From contig NMRA01000075.1 of assembly GCA_002633005.1 (NCBI GenBank), positions 1,039,872-1,103,871 on the forward strand: a stretch of DNA of 64,000 nt. The letters are read 5' to 3'. Below, piece by piece: positions 52,701 through 62,535 of this stretch. The position numbers were made by a program, and so were the translations under genes. This stretch comes from Phoronis australis. Taxonomy: Eukaryota > Animalia > Phoronida. Each line of letters starts with the position of its first letter. The stretch's first letter is position 1. Below the pieces are notes generated by a model that was not told the DNA's origin, did no database searches, and saw only the letters and a program-made list of their open reading frames with translations.

Positions 52701-55056
52701 AAAGATTCCCCAAACATGTGACCATAGCATATAAAATCGAGTAATTGTTTCAAAACAGCATTCTGTCAGCAAACACTGTATTAGCATGCGCTCACACGGC
52801 TTCGGTGCCCGGTCAATTACTTTTTTTAATTGCCGGCATCAAAAGCCGGTAACGGCAGTGATTTATTCATTGCTGGCTTCTCAAAACATTTGCACTCACG
52901 AGCACTCCAAGGTACGGTATCTAATGAGACGGACTTTGTTGCAGTTTCATATAAGCATTGGTTAGGATGAGAATAATTCATTTTGAAACAGAACGCAGAA
53001 TAATTAACATCTACATGGCAACTCGCCCGGCGCCAATCCCGACTTAGTCAGGAGCTCATCTGACGAAGACTTCATGGGTCGGATCGTTAGGTTTCACAGC
53101 CTGTCAGTTCAAACCGGAATACACTGATCAAGAAATACTAGAGAGGCGCCGTGAACATGCACAGGCAACGGAACGTATGGATAGTTCTTTGGTAAGCCGG
53201 AATTCGTCAGAGAAATCACTGTTGACGAAATGCCTGCCACTGACACGGAGATGTTTCACAGCCTCATACTTGCTATGAACAGCGTACCTTTCATTCTTCA
53301 CTACCGCGAGCCACTTCCTAAGCATTTCGGTCTCTCGAGGAAGTCGAAAAAACGATGTACTTGCTTTCTTCGCAGCTTCATAGTTCGGAGAAGCGGGAGC
53401 GATGCACCGCAATATAACGGCATTCACTCTGCAGACAAACCACTGATGTCGCTGCGTCATTTCTCACCTTCCTCACAGGTTAACGCGACACCTCTTGGCA
53501 AGAGGCGATGTGGATATAGACCGATTAAGACAGTAAAAAACTAATTAAATCGGGTGGCATTCTCCTTTAATTTCTTCAAATAAATTCACACCTAGATCGT
53601 TACATTGCGTTTACTCTGGGAAATGAACACTGATGACCTGCACGTGCTTGCTCACACACACGCAGATGACCTTCAAAATGTCACGTGACAACAACATTTG
53701 TTTGTCGAGAATTTTTTTTCGTGCTGCCGGGTACAGATTTGGACTTAACCTGCTGTTAATCCGACTCCTCAGGAACTTAATCTTAGGGACTCTATTTGGA
53801 AAGTGAAGTGAGGATTTCAGGTAATTTGTTTAGTCGAAATTGTATTGTTTAAGTTGCCATATCTACGACTGCGAGGCAGTGACACATCAGCGTGTTTTGG
53901 CCCTGGAATTTCAGCACAATTTTATGTAAAATGATCTAATTTAACAATGAAGTTTGATAGCAATGCACCCCAGGCCAGTTCTGTAGAAAGTCTGCGATGC
54001 GTGACAGTGTAAGTCTAATGAATCCTAGCTTCCGATTTTGCCTGTTTTGGAGACTGGATTTCAATCGCCATAGGGTTTACAATTAGCGCCCCCCCCTGAA
54101 ACGGAATTTTTCTAAGCCCCCAGGTGCTTATTGCACGAATACAGTATGTGATTTAGCTCATACAGTGTTCACCTCCCATTCCTCATACTATGTGGTCTTG
54201 CTCATACACTGTTCACCTTCCACTCCACGGACTATTTGATCTTGCTCCTTCTTCATTTTCAATCAATGAGTTTTTGAGGACTTTACTGTTCTTGCATTGT
54301 CCTTAACAGTTTTTTAAAGTTTTGCGTCTGAGAAACTTGGTTGGACGCAAAAGAAAACGGATGAAGTTTTGTTACCTGTGATGAAGAAACTGAATGATTG
54401 GCAGGTAAAACGGTTTTAAATTAATGAGTTGTCCTTCACAAGTTATATACCGGTACTACATTGTTTTTGAGATAAGTGCGGACTTTTAATTTGCCTTCTT
54501 ATTAAATGAAGTCTTTAAACCTTCATTTCAGCCTCAAAAGAAAATAACAAATTTCTTCTCAAGTCATCCCCTTGACCTGGAGTCTACACAACCAAAGAAA
54601 ATCTCCAGTAAACGAGTTCAACGCGTTGTCAACAAATTTACGCACAAAGAAAGTGAACTAAGTCAGAATGAAGTGAAGCGGCAGGAAGCTGCTGCTTTGT
54701 TGAAAAGGTCAAAGGTCAAGCTAGAGCCACGAAGGTCGAGAGAAATCCAGAAGAAGATGCAAGAAAATTTTGACTTTTCTGATGATGATGATCTGGACTA
54801 TGAGTGTCTTAAAGCATGTGAAGCTGTGGAAACAAAAGTAGTGGGAGGCGGGAAGAAAAGTAGGCCATCAGGTGGTGCTGTGGGGTGGGAGACTGGTGTG
54901 AAGAGCAACGTTGGGATTTCTAGGGGAAAGGGTGGAAGTAAGAGGACAAGAGGAGGAAGAGGAAAGTCAGTTGATGGAAAGAAGAGCAAGCAGGTGGTGA
55001 AAAGTGTGCGTGTTGAAGTGAAGCTGTCTGAAAGTAGTTCAGGAGACAGTGATTAG
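31621..55056 (+). CDS. ERCC5: ERCC5/XPG structure-specific endonuclease, complete 15-exon gene (~1115 aa)
   Basis: XPG-N MGVQGFW...AIDVSIWL...VFDG; UBM-like [22 protein letters not shown]; acidic spacer; [21 protein letters not shown]...ITDDSD; H2[10 protein letters not shown]; PIP box QKKITNFF; basic C-tail. Exon lengths sum to 3348 nt (divisible by 3) with compatible phases. Confidence 0.95.
31709..33451 (+). other. U12-type (minor spliceosome) GT-AG intron, ERCC5 intron 1
   Basis: 5'ss GTATCCTTT; branch point TTCCTTGAC at 33432-33440, 11 nt before the 3'ss; little polypyrimidine tract after it. Confidence 0.92.
32411..32505. repeat. ~22-bp minisatellite, about 4-5 copies
   Basis: CAGTTGTCTT(T)AAGAGTC(A/T)GGGC repeated. 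Confidence 0.75.
33452..33627 (+). CDS. ERCC5: ERCC5 exon 2
   Basis: (D)[11 protein letters not shown]...[28 protein letters not shown]; 176 nt; donor GTAATT. Confidence 0.95.
34760..34998 (+). CDS. ERCC5: ERCC5 exon 3
   Basis: Acceptor gtggtag|; [31 protein letters not shown]...[14 protein letters not shown]; donor GTGAGT (phase 0-2). Confidence 0.85.
35021..35795 (+). mobile_element. HINE-like element(s) spanning the assembly gap
   Basis: Three tandem 5' hairpin modules ACTTGGCG(G)AA..TT(C)CGCCAAGT; after the gap, (CAT/CGT)n and 3' subTIR TTTCGCCAAGT (twice) with hairpin CGCTC-CTCA-GAGCG. Confidence 0.65.
35201..35567. other. Assembly gap (N run)
   Basis: Continuous Ns following a poly-T run. 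Confidence 1.
37085..37292 (+). CDS. ERCC5: ERCC5 exon 4 (UBM-like region)
   Basis: Acceptor ttttcag|; WEDRL...[25 protein letters not shown]...EMPE; donor GTATTG (phase 2-0). Confidence 0.9.
37435..39860. mobile_element. Non-autonomous Tc1/mariner/pogo-type DNA transposon (2.4 kb) in ERCC5 intron 4
   Basis: Perfect 24-bp TIR CCGTAATCGTTCGGGTTAACGCCC, TA on both sides, subterminal TTAA(C/G)CGCCCA repeats, no transposase ORF. Confidence 0.92.
40443..40584 (+). CDS. ERCC5: ERCC5 exon 5
   Basis: Acceptor ttttttgcag|; [30 protein letters not shown]; donor GTAGGG (phase 0-1). Confidence 0.9.
41280..41444 (+). CDS. ERCC5: ERCC5 exon 6
   Basis: Acceptor tttattcag|; [17 protein letters not shown] (conserved end of the N-proximal spacer block); donor GTAATA (phase 1-1). 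Confidence 0.85.
41769..42578 (+). CDS. ERCC5: ERCC5 exon 7 (acidic spacer)
   Basis: Long open acidic frame with FLEGGFI; donor CAG|GTATAT at 42579; phase 1-1. Exact acceptor ambiguous (41769, 41778 or 41793, all in frame). Confidence 0.78.
42846..43081 (+). CDS. ERCC5: ERCC5 exon 8
   Basis: Acceptor ttttccctttta ag|; LLEVTIEP...[10 protein letters not shown]; donor CAG|GTAATT (phase 1-0). Confidence 0.83.
43198..43317 (+). CDS. ERCC5: ERCC5 exon 9
   Basis: Acceptor attgcag|; [40 protein letters not shown]; 120 nt; donor GTAAAT. Confidence 0.92.
44599..44812 (+). CDS. ERCC5: ERCC5 exon 10 (XPG-I catalytic)
   Basis: [45 protein letters not shown]; 214 nt; donor GTGAGT. Confidence 0.95.
45148..45702. 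mobile_element. Composite element: two divergent tRNA-like heads flanking a (TACA)n/(TGTA)n microsatellite
   Basis: Minus-strand head ~45209-45282 and plus-strand head 45639-45702, both with T(A/G)GCTCAGTGG box A and GGTTC(A/G)AGTC box B. Confidence 0.7.
45744..45891 (+). CDS. ERCC5: ERCC5 exon 11 (H2TH)
   Basis: [37 protein letters not shown]...KLF; acceptor ttacag|, donor GTAACC (phase 1-2). Confidence 0.93.
46465..48453 (+). mobile_element. HINE/DINE-1-like element with ~451-bp tandem core repeats in ERCC5 intron 11
   Basis: TTTTT-ATGCGCCCACA subTIR with IR TGTGGACGCAT; (CCGT)/(GGCGTCC)n; cores at 46649, 47100, 47551 and ~48001; 3' subTIR TGTGGGCGCAT, hairpin CAACGC-TCT-GCGTTG, CTTG-TTT end. 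Confidence 0.88.
48700..49430 (-). mobile_element. Degenerate HINE-like repeat (reverse orientation)
   Basis: Recurrent CCAAATTTCATC and CGAAAACTAA subrepeats ending in a GGAC/AGAC microsatellite at ~49370-49400. Confidence 0.45.
50429..50517 (+). CDS. ERCC5: ERCC5 exon 12
   Basis: REWWDECQK...[14 protein letters not shown]; acceptor gtcag|, donor GTAGTT (phase 2-1). Confidence 0.88.
51055..51157 (+). CDS. ERCC5: ERCC5 exon 13
   Basis: [34 protein letters not shown]; followed by U12 donor GTATCCTT (phase 1-2). Confidence 0.92.
51334..54144. mobile_element. Old TA-flanked DNA transposon relic hosting the Kolobok-like element
   Basis: Right end GCTTATTGCACGAATACAG|TA; subterminal TAAGTGCCC/TAGCGCCC motifs; splits a 44-bp minisatellite exactly at a TA. 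The left TIR is degenerate. Confidence 0.55.
52160..53566. mobile_element. Kolobok-like non-autonomous element with a THAP relic
   Basis: TTAA|AGGAGAATGCCACC ... GGTGGCATTCTCCT|TTAA (perfect 14-bp TIR, TTAA TSD, AG..CT ends); minus-strand THAP-like FFRLP...WL...[11 protein letters not shown] at 53128-53460. Confidence 0.88.
54320..54404 (+). CDS. ERCC5: ERCC5 exon 14
   Basis: (D)[28 protein letters not shown]; 85 nt; preceded by U12 branch point TCCTTAAC; donor GTAAAA. Confidence 0.92.
54532..55056 (+). CDS. ERCC5: ERCC5 exon 15 (PIP box, basic tail, stop)
   Basis: Acceptor catttcag|; PQKKITNFF (PCNA PIP box QxxIxxFF), SKRVQRVV, Gly/Arg/Lys-rich tail; TAG at 55054-55056. Confidence 0.9.
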   Translation, partial: PQKKITNFFSSHPLDLESTQPKKISSKRVQRVVNKFTHKESELSQNEVKRQEAAALLKRSKVKLEPRRSREIQKKMQENFDFSDDDDLDYECLKACEAVETKVVGGGKKSRPSGGAVGWETGVKSNVGISRGKGGSKRTRGGRGKSVDGKKSKQVVKSVRVEVKLSESSSGDSD

Positions 55057-58000
55057 GACAGTGAATGATGAGCAGTGACAAACAAGTGACGGGAAGTAGT
55101 TATTAACAGGTAATATTTTGTTTCGAATCTTTAGGTTTAAGCAATTGTTTGAACACAGAAATTCTGACTGAAAGCTCTCCTGAAGTTAGGTACGTCAGAA
55201 AGATAGAGCAACCAGTAATTATTAGAGAAGTGATGGGACTGTTCAGTTTGTTTGGATTACTGTTCTTTTGTTTTGTTTTGTTTTGTTGTGTTCTATTGGT
55301 ATTTGTTATTTTTATTCCAAAGTGAGGTCATACACTCTGACTTGTGGGAGTGTGTGTTTGACACATGTAGTGTTTTGATTTGATTGTTAACGTAGCTGAG
55401 GTTGGTGTTTACCTTGATTCAGCAGTTATCACAGTCTGGTCTAAAATTGATTTGGCTTAGGTGCATAACCTATGTGAGCCTTCAAAAATTATCAAAGTGT
55501 TGATACTTATATGACTTTTGTGTTGTGAAAGGCATCATCTTGGTGATCACCAAAACTTCTTGTTAAAGATTGGTAAGTAATGTTTCATAGTTATGTTCAA
55601 CACAGTCATTAATCTGTCTTGTGAATGATGGCCGATCTGACTATTTAGCTGACTTCTCTAAACTTTGAACTTTCAACAACAAAGTAGTTTTTATTTACAG
55701 CTGTATTCAATTTTTGAAGTTTTAGTTATGGGTCTACAAAAGCTTCTTGACTGATTTGAAAGCCAGACAATAGTGGTTTCCAAAGCAAAGCTAAATCCAG
55801 TTATCAATCTAGTCAGTACTTAAGTGTTCTTGTGATCTTTTGACTGGTAGTAAGACTTGCAGGCGAATTATCTACCACACTTCCAAGAGTTACTTACACC
55901 AAATGAATAACTTTCATCCACAAAGTTTAAATGGTAGCGCTAATCGACCCACAACTCTTGTATTCATATTGCGTTAAAACGACAGGGTGTTTGATAGTTT
56001 TAATCTTTTTAAGAATGGCTTTAAGTTGATAATAGTTTAGCTCGATTGACTGGACATTTAAACTCAGTTTAGATAAGCCATTTTTATTTGAAAGTAGATT
56101 GATTTTTCACCATCTAAATCAAGTGAAGGTATAGGCCTAACTTGTTGTCTTTGACGAGGTACCTGTCATTTACGTTCATGATGAAAGCTGCCCATCGTGC
56201 ACGTGAAAATCTTTTTCATCTCCATTCAGACTCATTTATGTCTCTAATATTCACGCAGACAGGACAATTCTCGTCTACATACTAACAAAATGTCTTTGTT
56301 AGGAAAATTAAAAGCGTGCAACAATTACGCTTCATAAAATTCAAACCCAGAATAACTGGAAGATCAATTAGAGCAACAACAGCTATCTGCCTAAAACATA
56401 TTAAGTAAATCTCCATTACTATAACTTATTTCTAGCTCCCCTAAAACTGATCACATTATCGCTAGCATCAGAAATATTTATGGAAATGGAGTGTAAATCT
56501 AGCAAGCCCAAACCATTCAAATGGTCACACACAGATCTAGAAATAAAAGCCAGTGCCGACCCACCATCTTACAATAATTCAAATTCCTTACTGAGAATAT
56601 TTTAAATTCAAAGTCAACCTGCTGTTGACTCATCTTAGTTTCTGACTGAACCCAGGGTCTCGGTTTCAGCCGTTACTAGTTTGATGACCCTACTGGCTGA
56701 TTGATATGAGTTATTTGGGATGACTTTTGTTGTCGTTGACATTCGCTATGAACCCTACACTCGGCTCATGTGGCCGATTTCACAGCAAGAAAAACAAATT
56801 TCTGTTGCGTAAGCGCCCTAGCTCAGCACTCAAGTCTCTCTGTGGTTTTCCATTTCACTAAATTGAACATCCTGTGCTGCGGTCCCCATGGCCATGACAC
56901 GATCTCTGTCGGTGGGTTTCCTTTACCTTAAACGTCTCGAACTACACTGCAAGACCTACAACTTTTGAAACTAAGATAACATTGGCTTTGTTTTAAAATC
57001 GTCTTCAAAAGCTTCCATCACCTCGTGTGGAATGTTCACGTCTCCACCAACTTTCAACAGAACCCTTGCCACTTCTGTCTTGGCTCACTGTGCTATTCCG
57101 TGTTGTGTGTGTTTTTGTCCCCTTGTCTTGCACGTTTATATTAGCCCCATCCTTTAACAAAACACTGTGTCTTGTCGCACTCTGCTACCTCATGTAGTGC
57201 TGTGTCTGCCTGCGGAAAGAATGAACAAGTTATAGCTAGCTTCACAATGGTAACAGGAATCAATGGAGCATCTAGCACCAATCAACTAAATAAATTTACT
57301 TACTTAGACTGTTTCGTTGAAGTTAAAAATGTTTGCAGCATTGTTTATTTTTCAGTTATTTCATATCGCTAGGGAAAGAACCTGATGACATGTTATAACG
57401 AGAGAAACAGCGGAGATAGATTATAGATACAAAGCTGTTTATTTAACACTAAATATTAAATTTAAAACTACAAACTTCCGCACTTCCTCTGATACTGCCG
57501 TCATCATCCTTTCATTTACTTTTTTATAGTTTGAGCAGACTCAAAGATCACCTAAATCCCCAAAGCCAAGTAAACGATAATTTTAATAGTTGAACCCAAA
57601 GTTAATGAAACTAAAAAGTTATGACTCTTACCGAATTGTAACTAGACCCGATAGAATCCGAATTCTCTGCCTCAGAGGACTGTTTTTATATGAATATCTG
57701 CTGAGGATGTTCCAAAATATGCTACTTTAAGGATCTGAAGTTTTGACACTTTAGCGTTCAGATTGCAGTTACCTACATTTGTCCCATCTGTTCTCATTTT
57801 GCAGACAAAAATGCCAGGAACTCATATTCATATTCTTAAACATTTATAAAATGAAAACTAATGATGATAACTGGATGAAAAGTTGACAGGATAAGCAAGG
57901 CGCATGACACTTTACAAATATATGTTCAGCTGATCAGTATGGGCATCAGATGTGGAGATAATTCCAGGTAAAGTGTACCATTACAGGTAATTTTTGGCAA

Positions 58001-58379
58001 AGTATGAAATAAAGATATTGATCAGAAAAAAACATATCTTTTGATTATATTGGTTCAATACGATAAACACTTAGTAGTCCAGTCAACAACTCGAAGTTAC
58101 AAAATCGCAATTGTAATTATTAAAGGTAAGACAATAAAAGAAGGAAGTCTGCGATAGATGCATGTGACTGAGTTCAAATTGTGCCTAAAATATTCTGATC
58201 ATAAGAAACAAGTCATGAGTATATATGCTGAAGAAAGTCTCTCAATAATGAAAAATAACAGGTGACTGTAATTTTGCATAACTTCTACTGACTTCAGCAC
58301 TCTAGAGGTGCGCACAGGTGTGGTGATGCGAATAACATTGTCTGAGCAGTTACATGCTTATTTCAACATATTAGAAAGC

Positions 58380-59390
58380 AGTCTGAGAACTTTTGTCATG
58401 GTAGCTTGTAAATCAACCAACCATGCAAAGAGGTATGTCACGAAATTCGTATTTAAAACAAGTTTGAGCTTTTAGTCCCGAAGCAGTTGTTCGGCCACTG
58501 CTAGAGCACTCCTGACAGACCTTTCTCCCATCAGTTTTTACGATTTTGTGCACTGACATGTCTCCGCCATCACTTGGAGCACCAGCACTGGATCTTCTTC
58601 CCGTCTTGTGTTTTCTGCTAGAAAAGCTATTCAAAAGTTGCTCAACAATGTCCATTCTAAATTCTAAATGGTTATAACCTTTCGGAGGGGGATCCTTGTG
58701 AGATTGCTTGTACATAATAAAAGCATTGACAATAGATAGGCTAACGGAAAACCAGATGAGGTAACACCACCATTTCTTTCCTGCCCGTCCAACTGGATAG
58801 TAGGCGGTGCGATACTGATCAGAGGCTTCACCCATGTGCTGATTGGTATCAGGTAGGTTTGCCCTTACCTGCGAAAGGCTGTGAGCAAGTAGAGAAGAAG
58901 GTGAATTGTCATTTATCTTTATATACCGCGGCAGTCATTCCACCTTTCTGCTGTTGCATCATGTCACCTTGTTTTTTCAGTTTCACTTTCCTCACTTCTG
59001 TTGGCAGCCCTGTACGATTGTTCATGATGGTTGCACATGAGCAAGTGTCGACCAACTTGAGATATTCGGCTAACATAACAGAGGAAAAAACCGATCACAA
59101 TAAAGATGATGTCCTTTTTGGTGAAAAGGTTGGGACAAATTCCAGACAACGTCATATCCTAGGCCATGCTCTCTTTTGCCATCTTGTTTTTTTCCACTGT
59201 AAACTTCAAAGTTTGAGCAATAACTAGTTGAAGCTTCACATAACTCCCAAACTTTGAGGCCCTGCTTATTTGGTTTGGCGGGCATGTATTGACTAAAAAA
59301 TATTGTCACTTAAACCAATCATTGCCTTTTCAATACTTAGATCTCGATCTGGGCAATAGTTCTTCAAAAATTTCTCACAGACATCATTGA
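58380..59390 (-). mobile_element. piggyBac transposase pseudogene (PGBD4-like), copy B
   Basis: QYMPAKPNKQGLKVWELCEASTSYC..FEVYSGK, GHHLYCDRFF, KWWCYLIWF..NAFIMYK, C-terminal Cys-rich domain; frameshifted. Confidence 0.88.
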
Positions 59391-59393
59391 GCA

Positions 59394-59662
59394 CTAGCCT
59401 GATTTAATATAGCTGGTCGTAATCGGGGTTTTCTCGGGCAGGTGTGTTAGCTGTGTCAACTGTGTGTTACAAATTGTCTGGTCACTCAGGAACTTATGGA
59501 AGGAAAATGACAATTTTTTCTTGGACGAGTTACTGCACAGCGGCACACAGCAATGAACCATGTTTACGAAAAGGGACAGGTGGCCTCGTTTTGTTTTGTT
59601 GTGGATCCATTTAAATGCGAATGCGTACAAGTAGTAAATAATCAGGTTGGAGGGCAGTGCCT
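59394..59662 (-). mobile_element. THAP-domain fragment of a DNA transposon
   Basis: MVHCCVPLCSNSSKKKLSFSFHKF; minus-strand end CAAT|AGGCACTGCCC. Confidence 0.6.
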
Positions 59663-59852
59663 ATTGAATTTTCATTCAATAGACATTCAATAGAAATTCA
59701 ATTTTCTATTGAAATACAATTGAATCTCAATTGAAACTCAACTTCTCCATTTCGTATGGGTTGGCATCTATTAGTGAGATGATGGTAACCTCCTGTTTTC
59801 AGATGTCCATTTTTACTGTTTTGGATTTTTTTGGATCCACCCCTCTATTTAA

Positions 59853-60415
59853 GCCACAGCAGTCTAAGGATGAACAGTTCTCTTGCTTTCTAAAACTCCA
59901 TTTGTGTTCTCAAAAAGTGGAAGTCTATTCAGATGGGCACAATCCCCAAGTGTAGAGGGGCGCAAAATATGCTTGGCCACATTGCCATCATTAAGCTCCT
60001 CACACAATTGCTGGGTATAGTCCTTCATTTTAGTATTTGCACCAGTCAACTTACGGTGTAACAGAAATGAGTTCATGTGCACGATGTCAATCAAGAACCA
60101 AAATAGCTTGAGATACCACAAGAGACCTCTCATTAGCCGCTTTTGGGAGTTGATTTGTTGGTTAGACAAATCAACTCCATCCATGTGAGCACTGTATTCC
60201 GCTATCACAACTGGGCAGCTCACATCAACTTTTGCAAATTGACCATTGACTCTGGTTGATCGGGACACAGTCGAATGCCTCGCACAATGGAAGCGTCGTC
60301 AACACGGTTACAAGCTTCTTGGCCATCCATGCTGTTGCAGTGAATGAGTCTTTATACCTCTGGTGCGCATCACCTCGCTTCATGGACTTCACTATTTGTG
60401 ACCTAGATTCCAAAC
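59853..60415 (-). mobile_element. piggyBac transposase pseudogene, C-terminal part
   Basis: TATAWMAKKLVTVLTT, CPVVIAEYSAHMDGVDLSNQ, WYLKLFWFLIDIVHMNSFLL. Confidence 0.85.
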
Positions 60416-60473
60416 TTGGTTGACCTATTTTTCCAAAGCAGTGAATGCCCCGTAGCAAATAATTATTGAACAC

Positions 60474-61182
60474 CTAAGGGAGTTGTACGTTTCAGTTTTG
60501 AAGAAAAGTGAAAAATAGAGAGCATTCTGATAAAGTGTTGTTGATAATGTATCATAAACCATGGAATATTCTTATGTGTCACTTGATTAATTCATACCTG
60601 ATTCAATTGGAGCTTCCAGTCCACTGAAACTGGGTGTATCTGTAAACAATGCAACGGTTTTTTTCTCAGCCTCCTCCATGGGTTTGGGGCGAGAACCTCC
60701 TCCCGTTTTCTTCACTTCTCTTTGCAGTTGGTTCTGTGAGGCAGACATCATGTGCCTCCACTTTTCCTTTGTGTCATACGCTGTTCTGTTTGCTGTTCCC
60801 AGACTTGTGATTCTGGAAGCTATATCTTTCCAAACAGAGTTCTTTTCGGCCTTCGTCACCGTCTGACTGAACTTGCTGTTAATTACTTGCAAATTTGACT
60901 CAGCAAGATCAGTCAGAAGGTTGATTTCGTGCTTTGTCCAATTACAAGATCTTTTCTTTTCAGCCATTTTGTCTGTGCCATGGTAACAGGAATTATGGGT
61001 ATTGCCTTTATATGGTATCCAATTTGGCTATCCACCGTATAACATAGATATCTGCCGGATAGTTATCCGAACGTTATCCAAGCTATGTGCAACCCAAATT
61101 TAACTATCTGTCATATAAATCTTATCCGGTGTATAAGCTCTTATCCACCGGATAGTTATACAGACTTTTATGCAACCGGGCC
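60474..61182 (-). mobile_element. Harbinger/PIF-like element fragment encoding a Myb/SANT-like (trihelix) protein
   Basis: ORF 60587-60967 MAEKKRSCNWTKHE..L...W..I.....R....KEKW...KKTGGG (NAIF1-like/Harbinger accessory protein); terminus CTG|GGCCCGGTTGCATAAAA; TATAAA ~40 nt before the ATG; donor CAG|GTATGA at 60597. Confidence 0.8.
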
Positions 61183-61185
61183 CAG

Positions 61186-62535
61186 GTGTGCATCACCTCA
61201 CTTCACTATTTGCGACTTACTATTCATGCAGTCTTTTGGCAGATCTTTACAATTTGCTCTGACTGTCCCACAAGCCAGCGTCCCACGTGCTAAAAGGGAC
61301 TTGAACAATGAGACACTTGTGTAAGAGTTGTCCATGTATAGGTGATGGCCAACGTTCATGAAGGGCACGGTTATTTCTATCATGACATTGTGTGTTGTTC
61401 CGTTTTCAGTGACATTTTCAGTTTTGCCAGTGTAAACTTTGAGGTTCATCACATAGCCTGATGAACTCTCAGCAATGACAAACACCTTCAAACCCTACCT
61501 AATTGGTTTGTCCTTCATAAATTGTTTGGAACCGAAGCGAGATTTGCATGCGATCATTGACTCATCAACAGATATTCTCTTTCTGCTGCATACAGTTCTC
61601 ACCATTGAAACAACACTATCCAAGACTGGTCTCACTTTTTACAGTTTATCGTACAAAGGATTGTCCTTGTTCGTTACCGCAGTCTCATTGTTCTGAAAAT
61701 GTATTTACCATAATATTGCTAAAAACTTTTCATGTGACATTACCGCGCGATTCCCTGGTGTCTCCCTAAGCCAATGGGTAGTCCAGTAATCCTTCAAGTT
61801 TAGTTTTTTGTTAAGTCCCATAGAAATGAACAGTCCCAATCATCCTTTTAATTCTGTAACTGATAAATCAGTCCATTTGTCCTTGTGTTTAGCAGGGTTT
61901 TTCTGTCTCTTGTCTGGCATACAGGTTCGTCTTTTCCACAATACCACATAATAGCTGGGTGGTGAAAAACAGGCCAAAGAGACTCGGGGAGAAGGGGGGG
62001 TACGACGATTGCAGTGAGTCCTCCCCACCCAACGCATCAATAGTCTCTCTGGCAAGTCCAGGTGAGCGTTTAAAACAATTATTAACATTATTTTGGTCGT
62101 TTATATTCGATATCCACTGACCACCATGAGGAACATTCACAGTATCCATGAAATTGTTGTTGACAATGATTTCCGGAGCGTTCTCGAAATTGACGTCATC
62201 CAAAGCGAAATCGTCCTCGACGTCGATTTCAGCATCCAAATCTTCTCTCTGAGCAAGTCAAGCAAGCGGCATACTGTCCTTGTCATCAGACTCACTTTCT
62301 GACTAAAATTCGTCGATGCTCTCCTTAAAATCTAACACTCCACTGACTGACAGTTCACACCAATCTCGCTGAGTCGTCATGACTTCAAAAGAACGTCGCA
62401 GGATACGTTCAAAATTCAACTTGTTTATTGAGAAACGAGCACTTATTGACAAAGAATTTGTTTTACTGATGATGTCAATAGATTGTGTGTAAAGCAATAT
62501 GGAACTGCACATACGTGGTTCTGGGCGCTATAGGG
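61186..62535 (-). mobile_element. piggyBac pseudogene, 5' part with intact TTAA|CCC terminus (copy A)
   Basis: Minus-strand TTAA|CCCTATAGCG at 62539-62526; acidic N-terminus; WTDLSVTELK; KVFVIAESSSGY..YTGK, HHLYMDNSYTS, ACGTVRAN; stops and frameshifts. Confidence 0.88.

Larger units (their letters stand above)
51158..54319 (+). other. U12-type (minor spliceosome) GT-AG intron, ERCC5 intron 13
   Basis: 5'ss GTATCCTT; branch point TCCTTAAC at 54300-54307; AG at 54318-54319 restores the frame. Confidence 0.92.

Noticed and set aside
53060-53090. Hammerhead-like CTGACGA-AGAC..GTC
   Set aside because: The required GAAA after stem II is absent (GGAT), and no convincing stems I/III. Other CTGATGA hits near 23353, 32303 and 57382 also lack a proper stem II.
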